64,000 nucleotides of DNA from the human T2T-CHM13v2.0 reference genome, Homo sapiens: NCBI RefSeq assembly GCF_009914755.1, contig NC_060925.1; one strand, 5' to 3'. Positions 39,891 through 55,178 of this stretch are shown here, piece after piece; position 1 is the stretch's first letter; every line of letters starts with the position of its first letter. A program made the position numbers and the translations under genes. The notes below the pieces were generated by a model. It was not told the origin of the DNA. It was given only the letters and a program-made list of their open reading frames with translations, and did not search any database.

Positions 39891-40964
39891 GATAGTAAAA
39901 ACAACTTGCTCCAGTGTATGTAAACATTAGTTTTCCATAAGAAAAATAGAGATAAAATTTCTACCTACTTCACAGAATAGTTGTGAGTTTAAATAAACTA
40001 ACGTATGTATAAAATTCATATCATAGAGGTTAGAGGAAGGAAAGAGCCCATAATTCTTAGCTTTTATTTTTTTATTAATCATTGAAGATAATAGCCAAGT
40101 ACTGAGTGGGAAACAACTCTCATGCAGCATATTGTCCATTTAGTAATAAAAAAAAGCGATAACAATAGAAATTTGTGTTTTTGACTTAATATTTTCTTTG
40201 TGTGAGATTCACAACATATTTTTCATAGTATTTTTTATTTTAGTTTAATCAATAAGAGAGAAGAAAAGCTCCATAAAAACAAGTCCTTCTGTCAGTTTTG
40301 TTTTGTTCACCTTAAGACTGTATAGCAATGCGTGATCTTTATTGGGCACTTAGTAAATTTTTGTTAGCTAATTGTTGATTTTCCTGCTTACTAATTGGTT
40401 TAAACTCTGTGCTAGAAAAGCTTCCTTTTCTGTCTTTTTCTTTTCTTTGATCTTCAGGAGGTATAAACTTTGTAAAAATAAAGTTCAAAATAATTGCTTT
40501 TGAAATAAGCCGAGATAGGCAGAGGAAAGTTTGCCTTTGTAATTCCCACATTAAGAAATAAATAGCCTTTGGAATGATCACTGTTAGAATAATTAAGATA
40601 ACAATGCTAGTTCTACATGTCATAAAAAATACCCATGAATGGAACAGAAACTTATTTATTTATAGCTGCAATAAGGAGACTGGGAAAGACATAAGTAAAT
40701 ACTATAATGTAAACCCATAACTCCTCTACATGAATTGTTATTTCCATCCTTATTAGGCTGCCCTGACTAGTCTTTGACACCTTGGCTCAAAATGTAATCT
40801 AAGGAAACCATATCCAAAGGTATCTGGGAGGTTGTACACCATGCCATTTGTATTAAAAAGTTGTGCCTTCTTTACTTTTAGTTTTTATTTTTATCGAAGT
40901 CCTTTATGCACATTATTTAAACATCAAATTATTCACTGAGGCCTAGTGAATTATTATTTTTTTT

Positions 40965-41475
40965 GTTTTGTAATATCACCACAATTTTGATGACTCAAAG
41001 TAAAGCACATTTATTATCTTACAGTTTCTGTGGGGCAGGAGTCTCGCTCTCCCAGGCTGAAGTGCTGTGACACAATCTCGGCTCACTGCAAGCTCCGCCT
41101 CCCAAGTTCATGCCATTCTCCTGCCTCAGCCTCCCGTGTAGCTGAGACTACAGGCACCCGCCACCACGGCCAGCTAATTTTTTGTATTTTTATTAGAGAC
41201 GGGGTTTCACCGTGTTAGCCAGGATGATCTCGATCTCCTGACCTTGTGATCTGCCCACCTCGGCCTCCCAAAGTGCTGGGATTACAGGCATGAGCCACCG
41301 TGCCCGGCCCAACACAGGTTTAATCTTAGGTAACATCATAAAACTGGCATTCCCATAACTTTCATTGTACTGGTCATAAGCAAGTCACACACCTTGCTCA
41401 TACTCAGGGGAGGAGATTACTCAAGATCATGAATGCAAGGAGATGGGTCACCTTAGAGTACGTTCTCCACACACA
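40965..41475 (-). mobile_element. MLT1-type LTR remnant, split by AluY
   Basis: 'catttattatcttacagtttctgtggggcagga' and 'aagcaagtcac...cagggggaggagatta...tgaatgcaagg'. Confidence 0.65.
41038..41309 (-). mobile_element. AluY lacking poly-A tail and TSD
   Basis: Y diagnostics 'gcaagctccgcc', 'gccattctcc', 'accgtgttagccaggatg'; begins directly at 'ggagtctcgc'. Confidence 0.9.
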
Positions 41476-42259
41476 GTATAAAACACCTACTGTGCCCCAC
41501 ATAGGTCCATTTTGATGTCTCAGAGCCAGGTACTCGCCACTTTTTTATCTGTTGTTGGTTTCCTTTTGCTTTACCTCTTGAATTTAAACAAAATGATCAT
41601 ACAACAGCTTCTTAAAACTATCAGCTTTACAAATGTTTTAATGTCCTGCCATGGAGGATAAGTGTTTATCTGTGTGATATATTGCACTGCATCACCACAT
41701 CCATCAGACACATTCATAGTCACACATCCACATTCACACACACTTATATAGTATTAATAGCCCATAAATTAAAAGTTGTTACTTTATGTTTTTATTTGTG
41801 TATTATTTTATATTTGTTCATATTTCATTATTTTATATTGAATATTATTTATTGTTTGCATTAAGACTACATACATGTCATTTTCAACCCAGCCCCATTG
41901 TATTCAGCTATCTAAACATTTCTTGATCAACCTGTTTTCCCCTAAAATTAATAGATGCCTTATTTTGCATTTGCTTAGTCTTTAATGTAATTATTGTAAG
42001 TTCAATCACAAATACTTTTCCCATGGAATTATTAAAATCTACATTCAACATGTTGAAATGCAAAAGGCATTTGTCCATATCATTTTTTTGGACCAGGTAC
42101 AATCTGAAATATACTAAAAATATATACTTTCTGTTTCATAGCTGTCATCTAACTTTTTTCTTAAACTTTATCCCAGGGAACATTTTAATACCTCTCTTAT
42201 ATTCTGAATCCTATGTCATCCTCTTTTCATTTACCCTCTAATTTTTGGGAGTATCTTCA

Positions 42260-44590
42260 TGACATGGTTTGGCTATGTACCCAACCAAATCTCATCTTGA
42301 ATTGCAGTTCCCACAATTTCCACATGTCATGGGAGGTACCTGGTAGGAGGTAATTGAATCCTGGTGGTGGGGACCTCCATGCTGTTCTCGTGATAGCGAG
42401 TGAGTTCTCTTGAGATCCGATGGTTTTATAAGGGTTTTTTTCCACCTTTCACTCATTCTTCTCCTTCCTGCAACCACATGAAGAAGTATGTGTTTGTTTC
42501 CCCTTCTGCCATGATTGTAAGTTTCCTGAGGCCTCCCCAGGTACGCTGAACTTTGAGTCAATTAAACCTCTTTTCTTTATGAATTACCCAGTATTGGGTA
42601 TGTCTTTATTAGCAGCATGGGAATAAACTAGTACAGTAAACTGGTACTATGCAGTAGGGAGCTGCTGTAAAGATACCTGAAAATGTGGAAGCAACTTTCA
42701 GAACTGGGTAACAGACAGAAGTTGTAATAGTTTGGAGGGCTCAGAAGAAGACAGGAAAATGTAGGAAAGTTTGGAACTTTCTAGTTACTTGCAGGGCTCA
42801 GAAGACAGGAAGATGTGAGAAAGTTTGGAACTTCCTAGTGACTGGTAAATGGCTTTGACCACAATGCTGATAGTGATATAGACAATATAGTCCAGGCTGA
42901 GGTGGCCTCAGATGGAGATGAGGACTGTTTTGGGAACTGCAGTGAGGTGACTCTTGCTATGCAAAGAGACTGGTGGCATTTTGCCCCTGCCCTAGAGATC
43001 TGTTGAACTTTGAACTTGAGAGAGATGATTTAGGGTATCTGGTGAAGAAAATTTCTAAGTGGCAAAGCATTCATGAGAAAGCAGAGCATAAAAGTTTAGA
43101 TAATTTGCAGCCTAATGATGTGACAGAAAATAAAACCCCATTTTCTGGGGACGAATTGAAGCCTGCTTCAGAAATTTGCCTAAGTAACAAGGAGCAGAAT
43201 GTTAATCTCCAAGACTATGGGAAAAATATCTCCAGGTCATGTCAGAAACCTTCACGGCAGCCTTCCCATCAAAGGACTGGAGGCCTAAAAGGGAAAAATG
43301 ATTTCCTGGGCTGGGCCCAGGGCCCTTCTTCTCTACGCAGCCTCAGCACATGGTGCCCTGCATCCAGATGTTTCACCTCCAGCCATGGCTAAAAGGGGCC
43401 AACTTACAGCTCAGGCCATTGATTCAGAGGCTATAAGCCCCAAGCCTTGGTGGCTTACACATGGTGTTGGACCTTTGCATGCGCAAAAGTCAAGAATTGA
43501 GGTTTGGGAACCTCTGCCTAGATTTCAGAGGATGTAAAGAAATGCATGGATGTCAGGCAGAAGTTTGCTGCAGGGGCAGAGCCCTCATGGAGAACCTCTA
43601 CTAGGGGACCGTGGAAGGCATATGTGGGGTCGGATCCCCCACAGAGAGTCCCTCACTGGGGCACTGCCTGGTGGAGCAGTGAAAGAGGGCCATCATCTTC
43701 CAGACCCCAGAATGGTTGATCCACTGACATCTTTCACCATGTACCTGGAAAAGCCACAGGCACTCAATGCCAGTCTGTGAGAGCAGACAGGAGGGTGACT
43801 GTACCCTGCAAAGCCACAGGGGTGGCGCTGCCCTAGGCCATGAGAGCCCACCCCTTGCATCAGTGTGACCTGGATGTAAGGAACTGAGTCAAAGGAGATT
43901 AGTTTGGAGCTTTAAGATTTAAGTACTGCCTTGTTGGATTTCGGACTTGCATGGAGCCTATAGCACCTTTGTTTTGGCAGATTTCTCCCATTTGGAACAG
44001 GTGTATTTAACCAATACCTGTACCCTCATTGTATTTAGAAACTAAATAACTTACTTTTGATTTTACAAGCTCATAGGTAGAAGGCACTTGCCTCATCTCA
44101 GATAAAATTTTGCACTTGGACTTTCAGGTTAATGCAGAAATGAATTAAGACTTTGGGGACTTTTGGAAAGGTATGATTGTGTTTTGAAATTTTAGGACAT
44201 TAGATTTGGGAGGAGCCAGGAGTAGAATGATATTGTTTGGCTCTGTCCTCACCCAAATACCAACTTGAACTGTATTTCCAATAACCCTCACATGTCATGG
44301 GAGGGACCCAGTGGGTGGATATTGAACCATGTGGGTGGTCATGCTGTTCTCATGATAGTGAGTGAGTTCTCATGAAATCTGATGGTTTCATATGGGGATT
44401 TCCCCTCTTCTGCTTATTCTTCTCCTTCCTGCAACCATGTGAAGAAGGATGTGTTTGTTGCCCCTTCCGCCATAAGTGTAAGTTTCCTGAGGCCTCCCCA
44501 GCCATCCTATGAGTCAAATAAACTTCTTTCCTTTATAAATTACCCAGTCACGGTATGTCTTTATTAGCAGCATGAGAACAGACTAATACA
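42260..44590 (+). mobile_element. Full-length THE1 (THE1C/D-like) MaLR: LTR 42260-42635, internal, LTR 44228-44590
   Basis: LTRs 'tgacatggtttggct...ctagtaca' and 'tgatattgtttggct...ctaataca'; TSD cttca / ctcca; internal ORF 'AFCPCPRDLLNFELERDDLGYL'. Confidence 0.95.
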
Positions 44591-46094
44591 CTCCAAAATC
44601 AGCACTCTTGAAAAGGATTCATGCTGGTAAAGCTTTTGAGATGTCATATGTAAGATAGTAGTTGTATTCTACTTGAATGGAAATGATAATGCAGCTGGAA
44701 ATAGAATTCTAGGTTAGAAATAACATTCTAATGTTTAAGTCTTTGTTCCATTATCTCCTTGCTTTCAGTATTATCTCTGAAAAATTCAGTGACTTGTTGA
44801 TTATTGATTATTTCACATGGTCTTCTTCAATTTAATATTTTAGCATTTTTTATTCCCCAAATTCTGAAAATTGTTGCTAATATAAGTTGGTATTAGCCTA
44901 CTTTTAATCACTGTGCTTGGCAATCCATTGAATGCTTTAAATCTGTAAATCTACATTTCACAATTCTATGAGATATATTTAATTATTTATTCAATGATTT
45001 TCTTTTCTCTCTTTTTCTGTTCTTTCTTCCTGGATCCCCAGGATTTTTGGGTTAGATGTCAGACCCAAATCACTAATGTTTCTACGTTTAAATTTTTTTT
45101 TCATTTTTCTTTCTCTCTGTATGTGTGTGTGTTTATGAACATGTGCATGATTTAAGGGAGTTCATTCTCAGATTTATTTTTCAACTCTATAGAGATTCTC
45201 ATTTTTGTTAAGAAAGTTTTAATTACCAAAATTGCTTTCTTGTTCTATGTTCATTTTTAAAATTAATTTTATAATATTTTGAATACTTATAATATCTTTT
45301 TATTTTTCTTTGGATATAAGTGTTACTAGGATATATAGTGTCATTCTCCCTGTATGGTTTTATTTCACCACAAATTGCTTATTTTTAAATAATGCTTTGA
45401 TTTTTGTCTTTCTCACTAGAAGTGTTCCTCAGTATGTCATTATTATGAGCTGTCTTCTCATATTAAAGAAGGGAACACTAGAAACTGAGTAAAGCACCTG
45501 TGTATGGAGAGGATTGGTTTATTGACTATTGGTTTCACTGTGGAATGTACCAGTTGGGCTATTCTGATGGAGTATCACTGCTGCCAGTATTTTCAGATCT
45601 TTATTCTTTATTTGGCCCAATCCCCAGAGTTGAATTTTCTATACTCTTCTTAGAGAATACTATTCAGCTTGCCGAGAATAAAGATCAGCAGTCACAATAT
45701 TTAGTCAATAAATTTTTCCACAAATTCTTTAATTTACTGTAGAAACTCCTCCTCCTGTAAGGCTTAGATATCTCTAGTAAAGACAATTTCTGTTTTTCTT
45801 CCTTCAGAGAATAAATCTCTAGTCTTCTGCTAGTGTGCATGCATGCATTTGAATGCAGGGACAGTTGCCATACTCTCCAGAGTAGGGAAAAGGATCTCAG
45901 GGATTGAGGAGGGGAATTCGATCATGTTTCTAAACAGACATTATACCAATCTTCTGTATTTGTGGTTCATTTTCCCTTAAGATTCAGGTTGCTTTTCAAT
46001 GTCCTCACTGCTGAACTAGGATTCAATTTTCTCTTGTCTACTAATTCAATGATGCTTATTTTTATTGTGCTTTACGATTTCCAAAGTGTGTTTT

Positions 46095-46605
46095 CTTTTA
46101 AGTAAAATGTTATGGGTACATAATAGGCATATTATTTATGAGGAATATGATGTATTTTGATAGAGGCATATAAGGCATAATAATCACATCAGTGTAAATG
46201 GGGTATTCATCACCTCAAGCATTTGCCATTTATTTGTATTACAAACATTCCAATTATACTCTTTTAGTTATTATAAATGTATAATGTTTTAAAATGCATA
46301 GTAAATTACTGTTGACTGTAGTCGCCCTACTCTACAATCAACCACCAGATCTTATTCGTTCTATTGAACTACCCATTTGTACCCATTAACCATTCTCACT
46401 TCCACCTCACCCCATCCCACCCCACCACCACTACCCATCCTATCCTCTGGTAACCATTCTACTCCTTTTATCTATGAATTCAATTGTTTTAATTATTAGC
46501 TCCCATAAATAAGTGAGAATATGCAAAGTTTGGTTTTATGAGCCTGGGTTATTTCACTTAATGTAATGTCCTTCAGTTCCATCCATGTTGTTGCAAATGG
46601 TAGGT
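46095..46605 (-). mobile_element. L1MA 3' end
   Basis: 'aatggggtattcatcacctcaagcattt' and 'gttccatccatgttgttgcaaatg'. Confidence 0.8.
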
Positions 46606-46860
46606 TTTGTCTCCCATTCTCTTGATCCTTGTGGGTAGAAATATATAAAACACTTTATTTTCATTATAGTGGGAGGTCCAAGGGACTGGAATAAAGGGTA
46701 TATATTAAATCCTCTACATTTCCTCTAAATTTAAGACAATCTTTATATACAATTTTTAGTTAGTAAAATGAAACCAAATATTAGTTTTAGCAAATTGATT
46801 TTAAAAACTATAAAGTGAACAATAGTACTTAAGAATTAAAAATAATTGGCAAATGATAGC

Positions 46861-47296
46861 TGTATCATTATTTTTTGTGGCTGCTGTAATAAATCACCAC
46901 AAACTAAATGAATTAAAACAATAGAAAATTATTGTCTTACTCTTTTGGAGATCAGGATTCCAGAATCAACTTGTTGGCAGGAATATGTTCCCTCTAGAAG
47001 CTCTGGAGAAGAATCTGCTCAAGGAATCTCTCATAGACTCTGGTGGCTAGTGGCAATACTTGGTATTTTTTAGCTTGAACATGCATAATGCAACGTATGC
47101 TTCTATTTTCACAGTATCTTCTCCTCTGTTTCTTGGTGTTTTTGTTGTTGTTGTTTTGTTTTTGTTTTTAATTGCTTTTCATTTTCTGTATGTTGTTAAT
47201 TTTTTTTTCCAAATAAGTTGACTTTCACAGATTCCAAGTATTTGGTTGTATACACATCTTTAGTTTGGGGGTTGGGACATCATTCAATCCACTACA
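46861..47296 (-). mobile_element. MLT1C/D-like solo LTR
   Basis: 'gtggctgctgtaataaatcaccacaaact' ... 'cattcaatccactaca'. Confidence 0.8.
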
Positions 47297-48809
47297 GCAG
47301 CATTAAAAAAATAATTTAGGCACAATTTTGATATTATTTTTGAAAAAGTAAAGAACACAAAATCGGTCATATTCTTAAGAATGTGCTTAGTGTGTTACAT
47401 GATATTAATACAGCATCTAATACTTACACATTTCATTTGTAAAAGAGATAAATAAGAATGGGTGAACAGACTAAGCCACAAACTGAATTACCTATTCATT
47501 AATGCATAACAAAATAAGATGCTACTAGACCAATATTATCAGGACAGATAATATTAATTGTGTGTGCAATGTAGCAAAACCTAATATGAAGAATAGAACT
47601 GACATAGTACTGTACTTATCAGAAATGGTTCACAGAGCACATACTACTAGGAATTGACTTCATATCTAAAGTAAGCAAAAATGCACTTCTCTAAAAATGT
47701 GAAAAATAAGCTCAAACAATATGTGATTGGTTGATTTAATAATCTTAATTCCTCCATTAGTATTAGAAAATAATTTGGTTCAACCAACGACTATGTAACT
47801 TTGCTTCTTTTTAAAATATGAAACAATCCGCAGTGAAACATAAATGTAAAACTTTAGATTGTTGTAATCCGAGAGGATCACGCAGAAAGAACGATGTAAA
47901 GATAGCTGATGCTTTGATTAACCTAAAAGGAATATTTTTAGCTTTTATTTTAAGCTCTCAAAGATCTTTTACTTCCTTTGGTATTATCAGTGTTGTCTCA
48001 TACTAGGCAATTTATTGGATATTCTACATGAAAATATAATATTTTTAAAGTGAGATATAAAATTGAGTGTATATGTGACAAATTTAAAATGCTAGTATTT
48101 CTTTATGGCAGTTAAGATTTGCTGATTCAAAAAGCAATTACAATTCTAATTAAATTTATTACCATATTGTCCTAGCAGCAAAATCTACTTTTTTATAATA
48201 CTGACATTTATATTGATGTCTAACTGTTGGCTTAATTACACTTAAGCTATTAATAGAACATCAACTCTGCATTGTAGTTCTAGATAGCTCGTCCATATCT
48301 GTATAGTTTGTCAGTTCAACTGGTAAAAGTCTGTGTGCTACCGAGGAATAAGTTTACTGAATGGATAATCTAATTCAGTCATTAAAATAAAACCCATTTT
48401 GCAATCAACATAGGTCTTTCTCTTTTATAATGACCAACTCAGCTTCATTCTGATAAAGCATATTGGTTAGAAATTTTTTCAAAAAGCTATTAAGACAAGT
48501 CTAATAAAATAATAACTTAAATATTTTTCTTTTATATAAAAAGGTTCAGATGTAGACAACTTGGAGAATGAATAGTAACTTCTAGCTTTCTCTTTTGCAG
48601 CATTTATTTACCTCTTCTCAGAGGCTTAGCTTATTTGGTCATGTTTCAGAAAGCAAGATGGTGCAGAATCAAGCAGAAAGGGCATATGAAACCTTAGAGT
48701 CTATTTTTCCTGTTAAAGAACTTTCCTAGAAGTGTTACACTGTAACTCCTTTTTATATGCTGTTGACAAAAGACATACCACAAAGCTAACCTATTATCAA
48801 GAAAGGATA

Positions 48810-49290
48810 TGTGGTAGACAGACTAAGGGCTCTCCAAAGATATATATGTTTTAATCCCAAGAACCTATGAATTTGTTACTTCTCTGGCTAAAAAATTCCT
48901 TGCAGATGTGATTAAATTAAAGACTTTGACATGGAAAGATTAATCTGTACTACTGGGGTGAGCCCTGTCTAATCACAAGTTCTTAATAGCTGAGAACCCT
49001 TCCCAGCTGGGTCAGAGAAAGAGATGTGTCCATGTAAGAGACATCAGAGACATGATGTGAAAAAGAACAGTTTGTTGTTCTTGGCATTAAAGATGAAGGA
49101 AGATGGCCATGAGCCAAGGAATGTAAGAGGTATCTAGAAGTCAAGGAAATGTATTTTCCCCTAGAGCCTCCAGAAAGGAACGCACTGTGTTGGCACTTTG
49201 AGTTTAAATTATTAAGACGTATACCAGATTTCTGACCTACAGGATGTTGGTTGTAAAGTACATGACAGTAAATCTATTAGCAAACTAACA
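48810..49290 (+). mobile_element. MLT1D-like solo LTR
   Basis: 'tgtggtagacagact', 'ttgcagatgtgattaaattaa', 'gagccaaggaatg' and 'cctagagcctccagaaaggaa'. Confidence 0.85.
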
Positions 49291-50231
49291 TTTATCGCAC
49301 TTCTTTTCAAATAGCATGTGTATGTAGTCATCACTTCTAAAAGTCTTCTCTTGTCTCCTAGAAAAGAGTTTTCTCCTTTCCTCCTCTCCTAGGTAAGAAC
49401 AATCATATGCTCATAATTAATCAGTTATTCACTTTGACCTCCCTTATCTTTCCTGAAATTTCTATTCATTTAGTTTTCTTCTATTTCTTTACTGTCAATC
49501 TAAAATGTGATCAATTTCTATCCAAAACACATACGTAGATACACACACAATTTATTTCCACTTTGTTTCTCCCGTTCCCACTCAACCTGGCATAAGAAGC
49601 ATGCTGCTCGTACACTTCATTAAAATTGCTACTTCAGGAGGCCCTGATGACCTCCTCACTGCAAAATCAGTAGCTCTGCAAACAAAAATTCTGTTTGACC
49701 TTTATTCAATTAAATATTTATCATAATTCACTATTACACAATCAACCCAATTTTTATGTAGGTTTTCATAACTTAAAATTATTGACAGTGCTCAATGTAT
49801 TTTGGTGGATCTTCCATATCTACTTAAATCTTAAAAGTTGGGAAAGTTTATCTTTCTGCCATTAGAACTTATTTTTTTTCTGAATACTTCCCTTGCTCAT
49901 TTTATCTCCTAAAATGGAATCAGCTCCTCTCTAAATGCTGGTTTCTCCCTAATCTGGATCCCTGGTCTTAACTCTGTTTTAGCAGCAAACCTTAATTTCT
50001 AGACATTATCACTTGGATTTTGGTTTAGTGATATATTACTAAATAACAAACCAATGTAAAACTGAGGCCCTTGATTGAGTCTAGGAAACATTTTATTTGC
50101 TCATACACCTGCAGTCAGGACTGAGCTCTGTTGGGTAACTCTGCTGATCCTCCCAGTATCCACTCTTTTTCATTTAAAAAATTAGTTAACTAAAGATTGA
50201 AATCAGTTTTTATTCTAAACATTAAAATGTT

Positions 50232-51498
<1,267 letters not shown>

Positions 51499-51874
51499 AT
51501 TAAAATGTTAAACGGAGCCTTTCTCTTTCTTTGTAGTCTCAGATACCTTTTTCAAAATGACTAACTGTAGTGTTTGTTCTCAGAGAAAAATTCAACAATA
51601 ACATCAAAATTATACATTTCTTATCCATTGAATTAGCCATCAATACCATTTAATGTAACTGAGAAATGTTTCTAAATTCCACCTTTAATGTTCAATGACT
51701 TTGTTATTTCAGTCTTTAATAATTCTGACTTGAAATATTTGTATATCCAATTCTTCTTCCATTTTTGTGGCTAAACTGATATTATCAGCCATGTTAGGAT
51801 CACTCACTATTTAATTTCGTTTTTCCTAAATAAAATCAGTGTTTACTACTCATTCTTTTTCAAAATTATGTTAG

Positions 51875-52464
<590 letters not shown>

Positions 52465-53257
52465 CAAAGATATATATTTCTTGTAATGCAGTCATACTAA
52501 TTTACATTTATTAAGTAGAGTAATTTCAAAATAATACATCATGTTTTTAATTTTAATTCAATAAAACAGCAGAATTATGCTAAAGGGAGAAAATGTAAGA
52601 CATTCATTACTCCCCTGGAAATCACATAAATACTATATTTGTTGTGAAAAAGCAGATAGCAAAAAATTATTTTAAGGTAAACTAAAATCTGGGCCAATAG
52701 AAAAAAATCGCCAAATACTGAAGCAACATATAAAACCTTATAGGACACCTTAAATAAAGTTGAAGATGTACACATTCTGTAACACAATTTTTTCACTCCC
52801 AACTTGATAACACTGAGAAATGTTCATGCATATGCATAAAGAGATATGCCCATGAATGTTCACTACAGTATTGATCTCAAAAATTTTAAAAGACTAGGTT
52901 AAGTGTCAATAAACAGAAGAATAAAAAATTAAACTGGTAGAATCAGCTAAAATGAATATTTAAAAAAAAGCTTCACTACGTGGAACAACATGGATACACC
53001 TCAAAACGAGTCTAACTGGAAAAAATTGCAAAAGGATATATGAAATATGATATCAGATACAAAGCTTAAAACATTAAGAAATGTTGTAAAATATGTATCT
53101 ATATGGAGATAGTAAAAATGTAGAAAAATGCTAATTTTATGAAGTTAAAACACTTGGCAGATGTAGAAGCAGTTGGAATAAAGGAGAAAAGAAGAGATTT
53201 AATTAAGTGAGGAGAAAATAGTACAAATTAATATTATTTGGGATGTGTGCCTTACAT

Positions 53258-53258
<1 letters not shown>

Positions 53259-53312
<54 letters not shown>
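53259..53312. repeat. (TG)n(TA)n microsatellite
   Basis: Directly visible, about 23 TA units. Confidence 0.96.
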
Positions 53313-53315
<3 letters not shown>

Positions 53316-54576
53316 TATGTGATTCTATGAAGCAAATAGAGGAAATTATTGAGGCTTGAGATGCATGGTTGCTAAATGGGTATCTTATTTTTTCTATATA
53401 TAATTAATGCATTTAGACTAAAAATTAAAAGTAATAATAATAAAATAATAGTAGTAATACCAATAAACAACATATAAAAGGTCACTGCAGACCTAGATAC
53501 TTCTTGCATATGTAAAAACTTGAGACTTAAACAATAAATACATATTCCTGGGATATAATTTTTTCTTAAATAGTTCTATACATGAAAGTGTTTTGCCAGC
53601 TTTTATATTGAATATGCACTTGGTAGTATGTAGTAAATTGTTCCACTACAGTATTTTATATATACTCAGCCCTTAGTCTAATACTAGCTTAAAGAAAAAT
53701 ATCCTGATGTTACAGCCTATAAAATATTTAGTTTAATCTCATAATTTTCTTAGCAAATTTTGATACTTCAAAAAGAAAAGTGAAGGTAAAATCTCAATGA
53801 AACCTGAAGGACTGATTTTGGGAGAACAGTGAATTAAAACTCTTAGCACTTCATTCAGAAGATGTAACACTCTGGTGTGTCACAAACAATACCATATCCC
53901 CAAAGGAACCAGCTTCAAAAATTATTAGTGTCTATTTTGTGTCAACCACTCTCCTGAGAAGTCATGTTACAAAGAAAATTCACAGCCCTTACCTTTAAAG
54001 AGTTAACAGTGTAGTAGGAAATAATCCTGAAAATAAATTATAATAATGTAACAGACAAGACAATAGAAAGTATGTACAATGTGGAATAAATACAGATACA
54101 AATGTACCTATCTTGGAAGAAGCCCTGTGTTAACTGATGCAAAAAGATGTGGATTTTCAACATTGCACCATTGGAGACATTAATTGTGTAAAGAAATGGT
54201 TTTAAAATATTAGTTTATTGTAAAAATTTTTGGAAAGACAGATTATCTCAAGCTGATGCAATAAAGCACCTCTGTGAGAACAGTTCAGGAAATTATAAAC
54301 ACATGTAAGTATAAATTATTAATAAAACATTGAGAAAATTACAAATCACAGAATGTGGTGACTAATTTCAATGGTCAAATATACCTTCTAAAATCAATTT
54401 TTCAATGAAATTGACGTCATTTGTTTTAAAATATCAATTTTATTGTACTAATAATATAATACTAATTCAATACATTATTTAATCTTGATATTTATTAAAT
54501 AAAACAATATTCGTCTGAACATATGTCTCTTGGTTTTCAGTTAATAGTTCTTGGAGAAGTGTTCCTGACTTTATAG

Positions 54577-55178
54577 TGTATTAGTCAGGATTCTCCTGAG
54601 AAACAGAGGTAACAGGAAATATATACATATGTTTATTTATTTTTAATTTTTGTGGGTACATAGTAGGTGTATATATTTATAGGGTATGTGAGATATTTTG
54701 ATACAGGCATGTAATGTATACATTTTTATATTTTAAGAGGAGATTTATTATGGGAATTGCATTACATTATTATCTAGTTCAAGAAATCCCCTTCTATGCT
54801 GTCTGCAAGCTGGAAAACCAGGGAAACTGATGATATAATTAGTCTGAAGGCGTAAGAAAATAGGAAACTGCTGGTGTAAGTCTCAGAGTCTGAAGATCCA
54901 GGAACCAGGATCTCTTATGTCCAAGGGCAGAAGATGTCCCAGCTCAAAGAGAGAGAGAAATTTCACCTTTTCTCCATGTTTTATTCTATTCAGGCCCTAC
55001 AAAGATTGGATAATGCTCACCCACATTGGTGAAAGATATCTTTTTTCACTCAGTCTACTGATTCAAATGCTAATCTCTTCTGGAAACATACTGAGAGACA
55101 GACCCAGAAATAATAATTTACCAACTATTCGGGCATCCTTTAGCTCAGTCAAGTTGACACATAAAATTAGCCATCACA
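54577..55178 (-). mobile_element. MLT2D-like solo LTR containing a ~90-bp L1MA 3' fragment (54632-54720)
   Basis: 'tgtattagtcaggattctcc' ... 'gtcaagttgacacataaaattagccatcaca'; insert 'tttttgtgggtacatagtaggtg...gatacaggcatg'. Confidence 0.87.

Noticed and set aside
42733-42843. Tandem ~50-bp duplication at the start of THE1 internal sequence
   Set aside because: As I recall, this is a common feature of THE1-int copies rather than locus-specific.
16788-44595. HERV-L and THE1 both have ctcca-like TSDs
   Set aside because: A 5-bp coincidence between two independent insertions; no support for site specificity.
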